A stretch of 64,000 nt of DNA from the NCBI GenBank assembly GCA_002269645.1, contig NIVC01000146.1, forward strand, positions 124,001-188,000, given 5' to 3'. Under the pieces are notes generated by a model. The model was not told the origin of the DNA and made no database searches. It saw only the letters and a list, made by a program, of their open reading frames with translations. This stretch comes from Macrostomum lignano. Taxonomy: Eukaryota. Of this stretch, positions 1 through 14,387 are shown piece after piece. The position numbers and the translations under genes are program-made. Each line of letters begins with the position of its first letter. Positions within the stretch are counted from its first letter, which is position 1.

Positions 1-703
1 GAGGTTGGGCCATAGACAGAGGTTAGATAGGCTGACTGGAGTTTCAGCCATAGACAGCAGATAGATATATAGAACAAAGGTTTGGCCATAGACAGTGGTT
101 AGATAGGCAGACTGGAGGTTCGGCCATAGACAGTGGATAGATAGACTGGGGCTTTGGCTAAAAAAATGGATTTTTTGAATTCTATACTGAATGCCCATCA
201 ATACAAACTTTGATTCGTGCTCATAGCTCTGGCAACCAGATAAATTAATTATCAAGCCTATCAAGATAAGAGAGCGAAAAAATAGCGGAGAATCTCTTGC
301 TAGCACGGTTGGATATAATATACCTGTATATAAATGCTAACTACAAATACAATGAAGTTAACAGGCCATTGTAGCACAGGTCATAGAGATAAGGCCTCGG
401 GTTAGGAATGGCTATGAAGGTTGCAGATCGATAAAATACCAAAAAACAACGGGTTAGCGCATCCATATATCGGAGAAGAGAAGTACGCATGTAATGGCTA
501 ATAGTTGCCAGTAACCATTCCACCAACTGAGCTTAGAGACTGAGAAGATTAGACGAGCGGGCGGGGCTGCTTCGCTTGAGGAAGAAAGCTTTCTCTCTTA
601 ATCTGCCGCCTTGGGAGCCACAGGGCGAGATTGGAGGTTGTGGGGGGGGGGAGCGAGCGAGGGGAAAGCAGGGAGGTGTCTTGGAGCACTTTCCCTATTC
701 CAG

Positions 704-835
704 GGACTGAAGGCCGGGACTGCACATGCATTGCTATCAAATATTTCTTCAGCCAGCATGCCCTATGCGGCTGCGCTTGCCTGTTTAGCCGGAGCAATTG
801 GGATAGGGAAAATGTTTGCCGACAAATGCCCAAAG
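704..835 (+). CDS. Candidate isolated Cys-rich internal exon (TEGRDCTCIAIKYFFSQHALCGCACLFSRSNWDRENVCRQMPK), weakly resembling the end of a PDGF/VEGF cystine-knot domain
   Basis: Acceptor ttccctattccag at 691-703 and donor AAG|GTGGAA at 836 give a 132-nt phase 1-1 exon. The Cys-rich frame has many C/G-ending codons. No partner exons found. A second frame is also open. Confidence 0.3.
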
Positions 836-939
836 GTGGAAATCTCAGGTCTCATTCTATGAGACCCTTACATAATAGAATTCTGACCTTTATGCCAATT
901 GTTCCTACGGTAAACTTAACCTTGAAAATCTCTTTCTAG

Positions 940-1140
940 GAATATCTCTCCTCACGAGATCTCACGCTAAGAAAATCTCTCCTCACGAGATCTCACCCTA
1001 AGAATGTCTCCTGACGAGATCTCACCCTAAGAATATCTCTCCCCACTAGATTTTACCCTAACAATATCTCCCAACACGAGATCTCACTCTAAGAATATCT
1101 CTCCCCACGACATCTCAACCTAAGCATATCTCCCCCGAGA
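940..1140. repeat. Degenerate ~30-bp tandem repeat (AAGAATATCTCTCCTCACGAGATCTCACCCT-like)
   Basis: About 6 diverged copies visible; bounds approximate. Confidence 0.8.
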
Positions 1141-1395
1141 TAGGCTTTCGAGATGAAAACCTAAAGGATGCTGGGCATTTCCTGGAAAACAACGATTGGA
1201 TTAAAAAAGAAGCGACAAGAATCCGCGGAAATGATTTGGAAGGGTTTGCGGATCTGATCAAAAGACGGAGGTGTTGGAAAGTCGCTGTCGAGAAATGGGT
1301 GCACCAACTGTTATACTGGCTACGGACGTGATGATGATGATGATGATGATGATAATGATAATGTTGATGATGCTAATAATGATGATGATGATAAT
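1141..1395 (+). mobile_element. Probable 3' remnant of a non-LTR retrotransposon (RTE-like) with a (GAT)n tail
   Basis: Frame 1197-1331 reads WIKKEATRIRGNDLEGFADLIKRRRCWKVAVEKWVHQLLYWLRT* and runs straight into (TGA/GAT)n at 1329-1395. The W..D/E...R..W+..V pattern plus a trinucleotide tail is typical of RTE-clade 3' ends; family not verified. Confidence 0.4.
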
Positions 1396-2379
1396 CTCAC
1401 CCGATAGACAATCTCACATTAATCTAACCTGATCTTGCCCATAAAATAAACAAGTATCGTCTGATACAAGGAGATGAGTCATACAGAATGAGTCATACAG
1501 ACAGTCATACTGTCTATGGCTCATCTCCTAGTATCAGGCGATTCTTTGTATGTAATCCACGGCATGTGCGACCTACCTAAATATAACGCCTTATCTCCGC
1601 TATCCATGTCTATCCATCTCGTTGGTTTGTCTATGGTAGCAGAGTTACGCTACTGATTATCACCGCTCATTTAACACTGGGGGAATAGACTAGGCGCACA
1701 GGCAAAGTGTATTACATGATAGAAATTCAGCGCAATAGAGAGCATAGCAGTGTTAATAAAAACAATAATACAAGCCGGCGGTAAAAATTTACTACTCGTA
1801 TATTTGATCGCATGAATAACGAATGCAAAGTGATTGCGAGTCAATTACCGCAACACGATGTGGAATACGCGCATAGCAACACCACACACACAATGAGAAG
1901 TGCATTTTCTGTGGTGCAAATATGCCCCAAAAATTGAATTAAAGACGCGCGCAACAAAACAGAGCGGATGTTGAATTATAATAATCACGAATACAATATT
2001 TTAAGCATTACATCGGTGGCTTACAAAGTGCTGGTTGAACTTTGTCTAAAAGTGAAAAAATCGAAATATTTTTTTGACAGACACTTAAGCAAATCGTGAT
2101 AAAATACAATCAATTTATCAGTTATACTAAAATAACTTTATATGGTTAAAATCAAGCAATTATGTCTGTAGAGAACCAATCCGATTAGAGCAACTTACAT
2201 GCGCAGTAGGCGCGGTGTTTGAAAATATATTTGTTGTAGAAGCATAGCAGCCCATGCCGAGCTTGGCTAGTCAGTGGGAGAGGGCCCGAGTGTTAGAGGT
2301 AGGCTCATTTGTTAAAAGTGCAAAACAGGGACACGCGTTGAAAAGATGCAGAAATTTTACAGAAGTAGGCAAGGTAGAG

Positions 2380-2670
2380 AAGAGTGGACAGCTAGAGAGA
2401 AGAGGAGAGAAGTAGACAGGGTAGAGGAGTAGACAGGGTAGAGGAGTAGACAAGGTAGAGGAGTAGACAGGGTAGAGAAGTAGACAGGGTAGAGGAGTAG
2501 ACAGGGTAGAGGAGTAGACAGGCTAGAGGAGTAGACAGGCTAGAGAAGAGAGAAGAGACGTAGACATTTAGGGAGAAGAGAGGAGAGAAGTAGACAAAGT
2601 AGAAAAGAGAATTAGACAGCTAGACAGAGATAAGAGAAGTAGACATTAGACAAGGTAGAGAAGTAGTCAA
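2380..2670. repeat. 17-bp minisatellite (AGAGGAGTAGACAGGGT)
   Basis: Direct tandem copies that degenerate at the edges. Confidence 0.85.
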
Positions 2671-3379
2671 GTTGGACAAGCAGGTCGCCAAACACACAGA
2701 AAGCGCATTATTATAAATATAAAAGCAGAATACTGACGCGTGTGACCATTATTAAAAGCGCAATTTAAGTTAACACAAACTACTACTTAGACTGAGCGCA
2801 GAGATTCAGCAATTTACAAGCACAACAGAATGCAGTACAAGAGAATGCATATTTAGTGACCCCTACATAAGTTGGAAACTTCGAAAACCATCACACTGAA
2901 GCTATCTTCTGTTTCTGCTACTAAGGTTCTTTGTAAATTTATTACGAGTAAAAAAAGCAACTCATTTCATCACGTGATCAGCGCCATGTACGCGGCGAAG
3001 CGTACAAACAGAGGAGGGCAGAGTTGAGAGACAGAGACAGGGCGTGGTAGCGTAGACAGACTACACACGTAGGGGTGGGGGGGGGCTGTGACGGAAATAC
3101 CTGAAATAAACGCCACATGCGCTCACCACATTTTTCTGTCTGTTAGGGGCGGGTGGTCTACTTCATTTAGAAACTTCACAGTACGAGCTAGTTAGTTACT
3201 ATGCAGAATAGGAAACTAGGCTCCGTAAGTATTGTAGAAGCTATTAATAATCAATATGGGGCCTGGCCTGCCTAGCAATTTATAGAAGTGACGAACTGCA
3301 CTGAACCTGTGCGAAATTAATAAAAATAGTTTGACGAGAGCCAAACCTTAGATCTGATAGAAACACAGGTCACATGGTC

Positions 3380-3715
3380 CCTCTAGATCTAATAGATCCC
3401 CAGATCCTATGGGATTTATAGATCATATAGTCACTTAGATCTAATAGATCCTTTAGATTTATAGATCAAATAGTCCCATACATCTAATAGATCCTTTAGA
3501 TTTATAGTTCATATAGTCACTTAGATCTAATAGATCCTATAGTCCCATACATCTAATAGATCTCATAGATTCTATCGTCCTTTAGATCTAATGTATCTTA
3601 TAGATTTATAGATCCTATAGTCCCATAGATCTAATAGATCTTATAGATTTATAGACCCTATGGTCCCAAGATCTACTACATCCTATAGATTTATAGCTCC
3701 TATAGTCCCATAGAC
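3380..3715. repeat. ~43-bp minisatellite rich in TAGATCTA/TAGATTTATAG
   Basis: About 8 diverged copies. Confidence 0.8.
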
Positions 3716-4434
3716 CCAGCTAGTAAATTCACTAGACATTAATTCCCCATAAATCAAACGGTCCAATATTCCCATGAGGTAATGAGGAGTTTCAACTTGT
3801 GCCGGTTGTCAGCAACATAACGCAGTAAAACTTCTACGGCAATAAAAACAAAGATGAATTGAAAATGAAAGTGAGTCTTCAATCATTTTGCACATGATTG
3901 AAAAATATTTATATTTACAGTACACGCGTGCTAATGCTGAGCTAGCAAAGACTAATAAGCGAATATTGATACAGAAAGCAAGTCAGAAAGCGAATTGAAC
4001 CTTTCAATCAGAGGTACTGAGAGTGAATGAGGAGAGCGCGCGATCGGGGCAAAAACAAATAGCAACAATTGCCAGTTTAAACAAATTGCAAATAAACAAT
4101 CTAAAAAAATTATTAAAAGCAAGGCAATCATGAAACCATTTTTTATACACTAGAGCCACAGGCCACTCTTCTCTCTTTCTCTAATAAAATCTGAACTCTG
4201 CTACAGAGAAAGCAAAAAAAAACAGTTTCAAGGTTTCATTAGACGAGACTCAATAGTCCAATTTTTGGAAGAAGCACAAACAAGAAACAGATAGAAAAAG
4301 CAACGATCAGAAGATTTGTTTGAATCGAAATAACGTGTATGATACAGGTGGATGCGGTGCGGTTGCCATGGCAACGGCTTTGCTCACAGTTCAGTTGCTT
4401 TTTCGCTTTCAGCGCGGCTGCCAAGTGAAGCCAA

Positions 4435-4509
4435 TCACCAGTTGCACTTTGTCAGGGTCATGAAGTACACCTGGGACCCTGTGCCCGACTTGGCGCTGGT
4501 GAAGAACAC
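4435..4509 (-). CDS. MAP4K4: MAP4K4/MINK1/TNIK (misshapen/MIG-15) family kinase, exon 5 (last): VFFTSAKSGTGSQVYFMTLTKCNW*
   Basis: Acceptor CAG at 4512-4510; TGA at 4437-4435. Matches the conserved family C-terminus VFFAS...SQVYFMTL. Confidence 0.93.
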   Translation of the reverse strand: MFFTSAKSGTGSQVYFMTLTKCNW

Positions 4510-4658
4510 CTGGGTTTGGGAGTGGCGGGGCGTCGGCGCTTCAGAACTCAGGCAAACCTGCTGCTCATGGAACTTTCAAGCAACACCTGGACTCTACAAC
4601 TCACACCTGGAATTCAAGACCTAAAGCTTTCAAGCCACCTAGGATAAACACTAAGAGC

Positions 4659-5337
<679 letters not shown>

Positions 5338-5348
5338 CCTTGCCATAC

Positions 5349-5732
5349 CTTGTCGCTCTTCTCGCACAGAAACTTGAGCCGCTGTTCGCGCCGGTGCATG
5401 AAGACGCCATCGAGCTGGCCGGTGTCAACAGACCGAATCTCAATGGCTTTGTTGCCCCAGCCCATGAACTGGCCGGTGCTGATGTAGGCAACACTTGAAG
5501 GCGGCTCGGCCCAGTGCACCACAACGTCTTTAAGCCGCTTGCCGTTTGAGTCGTAATAAACGCCTTCGTTGTTGTAGAGCAGCAGCAGGTGGCGGCCCTG
5601 GGTGCCGGGCAGGATGACAATGGCGTGCGGTTTCACTTCGCCAGGCTCCAAGGAGCCGGGCAGGTAAACGTCCAGGTAGGCATTGGAGTCCAGATCGATG
5701 GCGTGGAAACCACAGTTGGAGCCGTACAGTAC
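5349..5732 (-). CDS. MAP4K4: MAP4K4-family kinase exon 4 (CNH domain: [15 protein letters not shown]...[10 protein letters not shown])
   Basis: cag|GTA at 5732; AAG|gtatgg at 5348; 384 nt, phase 0-0. Confidence 0.95.
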
Positions 5733-5894
5733 CTGACAGTGGAGGAGCGGGTCAGTTACCGTATTAATTTCGAGCATTGTCAGAGTAATGAGCTTTACCG
5801 GGTCAAGGATGCAGGTGACAGAACTTCAAGTTTCATGGTTTACGGTTGCTAGAACTTCAGGACTTCTGAGGGGCATTGTGGAGCGTGCGTAAAA

Positions 5895-6460
5895 AACTTC
5901 AGTGAGCGCGTAAGAACTTCAGGAAGTGTTATAACTTCAGGAAGTGTGTCACAACTTCGGGGAGTGTGTCAAAACTTCAGGGAGTGTGTCATAAGTTCAG
6001 GGAGTGTGTCATAAGTTCAGGGAGAGTGTCACAACTTCAGGGAGTGTGTCACAACTTCAGGGAGTGTGTCATAACTTCAGGGAGTGTGTCACAACTTCAG
6101 GAAGTGTGTCACAACTTCAGGAAGTGTGTCACAACTTCAGGGAGTGTGTCAAAACTTCAGGGAGTGTGTCAAAACTTCAGGAAGTGTGTCACAACTTCAG
6201 GGAGTGTGTCACAACTTCAGGAAGTGTGTCACAACTTCAGGGAGTGTGTCAAAACTTCAGGGAGTGTGTCAAAACTTCAGGAAGTGTGTCACAACTTCAG
6301 GGAGTGTGTCAAAACTTCAGGGAGTGTGTCACAACTTCAGGGAGTGTGTCAAAACTTCAGGGAGTGTGTCAAAACTTCAGGAAGTGTGTCATAACTTCAG
6401 GGAGTGTGTCACAACTTCAGGAAGTGTGTCACAACTTCAGGGAGTGTGTCATAACTTCAG
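5895..6460. repeat. 20-bp minisatellite (ACAACTTCAGGGAGTGTGTC) in kinase intron 3
   Basis: About 27 tandem copies. Confidence 0.97.
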
Positions 6461-6631
6461 AGAACGATTAAATTAAAGCTTTAGGGAGCAGCAGCATTAG
6501 AAATGCTGGGTTGAATTACTTCAAGCGTATCAGAGCTTCATTGGGGTCTGTAGAAATCAGGAGAAGTGTCACATGCTTTCAGGAATTATATAGAATTCTA
6601 TATTCATCCAGTGCAATAAAAATAAACTTAC

Positions 6632-8761
6632 CTTCATTTTAGTGTCATTCTCAAACGTGAGATCGACATTCACAGGCGTGTAAGGCAGGTCGGTGAAGGT
6701 TTTAAACGCCATAAAGCGATTATTAGGCTTAGGCGCCCACGCGTACAACTCAATGGTGTCGCGCAGGGCGATCACCAGAAATTTGATCCGCTCGTAGCGC
6801 ACAACTTTAAAATTGACCACGCCGCGCAGTTCGCCGACATTCACCCAGCCCTGCTTCATAGCCTTGGTCTCCGGGCTGAGCGCGCCCTGATCAGACGACT
6901 TCAGGAACTTGTTCATCAGCCAGCTGAGGTAGTACACCCGCAGGCGGTTCTTCCCGCCAGACAGGGTCACAACGATATTCTGGCGCTCCAGCACAGTTAG
7001 CTGAAGGAATCTGCGCCTGCTGACAAGCTGGTAGACCTTGCCCTGGCCGTGCCTGTCCAGCAGGTTCAGCCCTGTCTCAGTGCCGATCAGCAAGTTCACG
7101 CCCCACATTGCGGCGCAGTGAATCTCCGAGCTGAACCGTTTGCGATATTTGCGAATCTGCGGCACTTCGTCTGGCGCGGCCGGGGCGGCGGCCCCGTTGC
7201 CCCCTGACTGGCCGGACGAGTTCGCCAGGCCGCCAAATGAGGCGGCGCTGCTGTTCGGCGTTATCGGCTTCAGGTCGATCTGGGAGCTGCGGCGCGGCGC
7301 CTGGTTGCTGCGCTGAGAGGCGCGCAGATTGGCTGGAGAGAACTGGTACTGCTGCTGAGGCTGCGGAGGCTGTTGCGGAGGCGGCTGATGAGGCTGTTGC
7401 TCCTGCGACTGCAGCAAGTCCGGCAGAGGCTGTTGGGCGCCACCGCTATCGTCTCCCGCGCCGCCAGCGCCTCGGCGCCGGCCCTGATAGGCGCCGTTAA
7501 CCGGCAGGGTGCCGTCCCGCTGGCCCAGCTCGTCCGCCGGCTCCTCCGGCTCGTCATCCGGCTCAGCTGCGGTGGCCGCCGCCGACTGCTGCGAAGGATC
7601 GTCTTCGTCTCCGTCAGACGGCGAGCTGACGTTGTCCTCGGTGTCCGAGGCCTGCGCGATGGCCGGATTGAAGTTCTCGTGCCGGGCGCTGCGCGTCGCC
7701 GCCGCGGCCGAGGGCACCGGAACCGCGGCTACTCGGGATGAGGCAGGGATGCTGGGCTCCGTTACTGAGCGCTCCCTGGCGCCCAGATGATGCAACTGCT
7801 GGGCCAGCGCGTCCAGCTCTTCCGCTTTCCGGCTGAGCATCTCGCGCGACTGCTGCTGCGAGTGCGGCTGCTGCGGCGGAGTGCCGACCGGTTGGGAATG
7901 CGGCGCCCGCGATTGGGACGACACTGGCGGCAGGGGCCGGCCGGCTGCCGCCGCTGATGGTTGCTGATACTGTAGGTGGTGCTGCTGTCCGCCAGCTGAC
8001 TGGGATCGGCGCATCGGCTCGTGAGGAGATTGCTGCTGCTGCTGCTGCTGAAGGTGCTGATGATGCTGCTGCTGAGGTGGTGTGGCCGGGAGAGGTCGAG
8101 AAGCATTGTTGGCAACCTGCTGTTGCTGCTGCTGCTGCTGCGGGAAGCGAGGACTTTGAATTGCTTGCAGATGCGAGGAGGCCGCAGCGGTACTCGAAGT
8201 AGGAAATTGCTGAGACTGAGGCTGCTGTTGCTGCTGCCTATAGTGCTGCCTGCCGAGGATTCTCTGCTGCTGTTGCTGCTGCTTCTGCTGTTGCTGAGGC
8301 ACAGAGACTGGAGCACGCGCCGCCGGCTCTTGTTCTTGATTTTGCAAACGAAGGAATTTAGACTTCATGGTGTTATCCTGCTGCTGCTGCTGCTGCTGGG
8401 CTGAGTGCTGCTGATTGTGCTGTCGGTGAGGCCGGTGCTGCTGTTGCTGCTGCTGTGCCGGCCGCCTCTGCTGCTGCGGCTGTTGCTCAGAAACCCGACG
8501 CCTTTGCGCTGCTGCGGCAGCCGCCGTCGCCTCCTCGTCGCTGTCATCATCGTCGTCTGAGTTGCCGACATTGTCGGAGAGGCCCGCCGGCATCAGCGGG
8601 GCGGCGGCGGCTGCTGCTGCTGGCGTCGGCGCCGCGGCGCCCCTGGCAGCGGCGGCCTGGTTAGCGGCGCCTGGCGGGGCCCCAGCTGATCGGATGGGTC
8701 GACGGCGCCGATCGATGTGCTCCTTGATCTGGTTCTTGATGTTGCGCTCAGAAGGCATATC
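6632..8761 (-). CDS. MAP4K4: MAP4K4-family kinase exon 3 (Gln/Ala-rich linker and start of CNH domain)
   Basis: ccag|GAT at 8761; AAG|gtaagt at 6631; 2130 nt, phase 0-0. Contains [18 protein letters not shown] and [30 protein letters not shown]. Confidence 0.95.
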
Positions 8762-8880
8762 CTGGATGGGATGGGAGAGTTATTGGATGCTCACCTGCTT
8801 CTGACTCATTCATCAATGAGTTCCGCGATTTCTTCTGTCCCGAGATACCCACCTTAAAATACCCGGACTTTCAATTCTGA

Positions 8881-9662
<782 letters not shown>

Positions 9663-9696
9663 TACGGTCGGGCGACAGTCATACTACACTTTAGTC

Positions 9697-10810
9697 TGGT
9701 CATGCTACATCATACAGTCTGGTCATGCTACATCATACAGTCTGGGTCATGCTACATCATACAGTCTGGGTCATGCTACATCATACAGTCTGGTCATGGT
9801 ACATCATACAGTCTGGTCATGCTACATCATACAGTCTGGGTCATGCTACATCATACAGTCTGGTCATGCTACATCATATAGTCTGGTCATGCTACATCAT
9901 ACAGTCTGGTCATGCTACATCATACAGTCTGGTCATGCTACATCATACAGTCTGGTCATGCTACATCATACAGTCTGGTCATGCTACATCATACAGTCTG
10001 GTCATGCTACATCATACAGTCTGGGTCATGCTACATCATACAGTCTGGGTCATGCTACATCATACAGTCTGGTCATGCTACATCATACAGTCTGGGTCAT
10101 GCTACATCATACAGTCTGGGTCATGCTACATCATACAGTCTGGTCATGCTACATCATACAGTCTGGTCATGCTACATCATACAGTCTGGTCATGCTACAT
10201 CATACAGTCTGGTCATGCTACATCATACAGTCTGGGTCATGCTACATCATACAGTCTGGTCATGCTACATCATACAGTCTGGTCATGCTACATCATACAG
10301 TCTGGTCATGCTACATCATACAGTCTGGTCATGCTACATCATATAGTCTGGTCATGCTACATCATACAGTCTGGTCATGCTACATCATACAGTCTGGTCA
10401 TGCTACATCATACAGTCTGGTCATGCTACATCATACAGTCTGGGTCATGCTACATCATACAGTCTGGTCATGCTACATCATACAGTCTGGTCATGCTACA
10501 TCATATAGTCTGGTCATGCTACATCATACAGTCTGGTCATGCTACATCATACAGTCTGGTCATGCTACATCATACAGTCTGGTCATGCTACATGATACAG
10601 TCTGGTCATGCTTCATCATACCGTCTGGGTCATGCTACATCATACAGTCTGGTCATGCTACATCATACAGTCTGGTCATGCTACATCATACAGTCTGGTC
10701 ATGCTACATCATACAGTCTGGTCATGCTACATCATACAGTCTGGTCATGCTACATGATACAGTCTGGTCATGCTTCATCATACCGTCTGGGTCATGCTAC
10801 ATCATACAGT
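9697..10810. repeat. 23/24-bp minisatellite (GGTCATGCTACATCATACAGTCT)
   Basis: About 48 copies in kinase intron 1. Confidence 0.97.
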
Positions 10811-10843
10811 CAAGGCAAAAAATACTATAAGCATAAATTATTA

Positions 10844-11320
<477 letters not shown>

Positions 11321-12385
11321 CTACTTGTTACTATTAATTTAATATCCCTTACTAAGATGAGAGCGCACAGCCTTATAAAAGCTTGCAAGGCTTATTGCTA
11401 TACGAACTGAATAGTCTGAAAAGGTGAAACGTCGAGAATAAATTTGCTTAATATAGTATTTATATATGTATAGTCAGTGAGAGCGGACCAACCCTGTACA
11501 CAGGGCCCTGCAGATGGAAGACTAATAAGGGAGAGAGGGGAGGCGGGGGGTCTGCGACACAAACTGTCGGGACACAACGCAGCATAAGTAGCGGTACGGC
11601 CAGTGCATAGAACTGTGGCAGACGGACAGAGAGGTGGGGCGGTTTCTGGTCTCGCAGAAGGCTGCAACCCCCCCCCCGACCGCCAGTGGATCTGTGCACG
11701 ACTTTATGGCAGAAGAAATCGGCTGCTTTCCTGTCCCGCCCCGCAGGCGGACTGGCTGCTAAGTCTCTCCCTCTGTCTGTCTGCCCTCTTGTCTTTAATA
11801 CTATTATAAGCACTCTGCATAAACTAGCCTGTTGCCGCAAGCAATATTTCTAACTATTGCATTGAATCAGAGCCGAAGGGTATAAATGGAAGTCTTTAAT
11901 GTCTTAGTTTGGAAAATGGCCAGAGTGCTTGCAAACAGAATAGAGAGCTAAGTGGGCTTGTCTTGACAATTGACAATGATGGGAGGAAATGAGATGCCGA
12001 AAAAGAGAGATGAAAGAAAGATTGCATACAAAATAGCAGAACTTTAACTGACATAATGCAGAAGTGGTTTGAAATATATTTAAATTAGGAAATGAAGGGG
12101 CTACCGGTGCTGACAGCGGCCGACCCACCCACACAAAAGATTATCAAAATACTAACTGATAATAAGTGACTTTGGCCCAATCTAGCGGCACTATGGGGCG
12201 GTAACGGGTCACCGTGTGGCATTGTCGGTGCAATAGCGCTGACCCAATTCCGCCAATAAATAAGTACAACTGCAATGGAGCACTAGCACTTAAACTGCAT
12301 TGCTAAATGTTGATTTAAATTAACTGACAAAACAAAAATAGAACTGTTTTATTACGAATGAAAGGTAGAATACAGACAGAATGGA

Positions 12386-13312
12386 TAGGATGACAGTCAT
12401 AGGCTCATAGCAAACAGAGGGGGCATGACAGTCATAGGTTCATGGCATGACCCCAATATGTGAAATGAGCCTATGACTGTCATCCTACCGATTCCTACCG
12501 CATTACAGTCAGCCTGGTGGCACACAGAGGGCCAGGCAGAATCAGTAGGATGAAAGTCATAGCCTGATGGCACACAGAGAAGACAGGCAGAACCAGTAGG
12601 ATGACAGTCATAGCCTGATGGCACACAGAAGGGCTAGGCAGAATCAGTAGGACGACAGTCATAGCCTGATGGCACACAGACAAGACAGGCAGAACCAGTA
12701 GGATGACAGTCATAGGCTCATGGCACACAGAGACCCAGGCAGAAACAGTAGGATGACAGTGATAGGCTTGTAGCAAACAGAGGGGCCAGGCAGAACCAGT
12801 AGGATGACAGTCATAGGCTGATGGCACACAGAGAAGACAGGCAGAATCAGTAGGATGACAGTCATAGGCTGATGGCACACAGAGAAGACAGGCAGAATCA
12901 GTAGGATGACAGTCATAGGCTCATGGCACACAGAGGGGCCAGGAAGAATCAGTAGGATGACAGTCATAGGCTCATTGCACACAGAGAAGACAGGCAGAAT
13001 CAGTAGGATGACAGTCATAGGCTCATGGCACACAGAGAAGACAGGAAGAATCAGTAGGATGACAGTCATAGGCTTATGGCACACAGAGGGGCCAGGCAGA
13101 ATCAGTAGGATGACAGTCATAGGCTCATGGCACACAGAGAAGACAGGCAGAATCAGTAGGATGACAGTCATAGGCTCATGGCACACAGAGGGGCCAGGCA
13201 GAATCAGTAGGATGACAGTCATAGGCTCATGGCACACAGAGAAGACAGGCAGAATCAGTAGGATGAGTCATAGGCTCATGGCACACAGAGGGGCATGACA
13301 GTCATAGGCTCC
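12386..13312. repeat. 51-bp minisatellite (GATGACAGTCATAGGCTCATGGCACACAGAGAAGACAGGCAGAATCAGTAG)
   Basis: About 17 copies, upstream of the kinase gene. Confidence 0.95.
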
Positions 13313-13992
13313 TTGCACATACAGAGATCAGACCGAATAATGTATCTTTTTTATATAACCTCTTAAAATGATTCTTTTGCTTTTAAAATAGAGAATCAAG
13401 TAAAAGAATTTTTTTAAAGTTTTGTATTGATATTAATAATATTTACTATCTAATTGCTATGAAGCTTTGAATTTGTCTACATAGTGCCTTTATAGACTTA
13501 GCTTCATGGTTTATATATTCCAATAAAAAGTTCTAAACCTGTCATTACCCTATATACAAATTATAGTCTTATGAAGATTGTAAAAAAGTATATAAAAATA
13601 CCATAACAACATAATAGAACAATAACTATTTAGTAGTAGTGGTATAACTAGGGGGCAGGGGGAGAGGCAGTTGCTTCCCCTTTTAGGCAGATCTAAAAAA
13701 ACAAAGGGGGGGCAAACACATTTTTGCCTTTTTTACTTTCTTTAGGTCTTTTCTTTCTAAAACCCACTCCTTCCTATAAGCAACTGCCCTTCCCCTTATA
13801 ATTTTTGAAGAATATTGAATCAAAACCCTAATAGAGAAATTGCAGATAATTTTTAGAAAAAATGGATCGGAAACCACATTGTTACTTTTGCTAAGTATTG
13901 ATGAATCATTATTTGTAAGCTATGAAGGTTTAGCCATAGATAAATTGTAAAAAAAGAATAAAGCAGTAAGTAGCATAAGACAAGATTTAGAA

Positions 13993-14387
13993 CAGGGGTC
14001 CCCAACCTTCTACAGGCGGCGGACTGCATTGACAACTGGCTTAGGGTTTGCGGGCCGCATGCTAATATAAAATATGCAAAGCTAAGCAAAAATGTCTATT
14101 TCCAAATATCAAACAAAATTAATAAGATGGCTGGTGCTCCTTATCCTTCGACAGCAGGTCAAAGTTTGGCTTGATTGACAAAACTGCAAGCAGCAGTGCA
14201 TCTTTGAGGTGGCCATCAGTCAACTGCGCTCTAGTTTTCCTCTTGGTCAGCTTTGGGGGCTGCAGTGAAATCCAGTGATAGACTTGGTGGGCCACATGTA
14301 ATGCAAACTACTAGAAGGTTCCGCGGGCCACAAAAAAAGGGCTCGCGGGCCACATTCGACCTGCGGGCCGCAGGTTGGGGACCCCTG
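13993..14387. mobile_element. Non-autonomous hAT (Charlie-like) MITE, 395 bp
   Basis: TIRs CAGGGGTCCCCAACCT / AGGTTGGGGACCCCTG; 8-bp flanks ATTTAGAA (13985-13992) and ATATAGAA (14388-14395) match at 7/8; subterminal GCGGGCC motifs. Confidence 0.88.

Noticed and set aside
8789-8800. Strong donor-like CAG|GTGAGC on the minus strand in kinase intron 2, possibly ending a 6-nt microexon (AAGCAG)
   Set aside because: It would leave only a 33-nt intron, its acceptor lacks a pyrimidine tract, and longer versions break the frame; the direct 9028-8761 join already matches homologues
7237-8804. Plus-strand ORFs overlapping kinase exon 3, and antisense ORFs over RECQL4 and the LC8-like exon
   Set aside because: These are expected shadows of GC-rich, CAG/GCC-rich coding sequence; they have no independent splice or homology support
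13640-13800. TAGTGGTATAACTAGGGGG motif with an internal inverted repeat, resembling a transposon end
   Set aside because: No matching second terminus or TSD found
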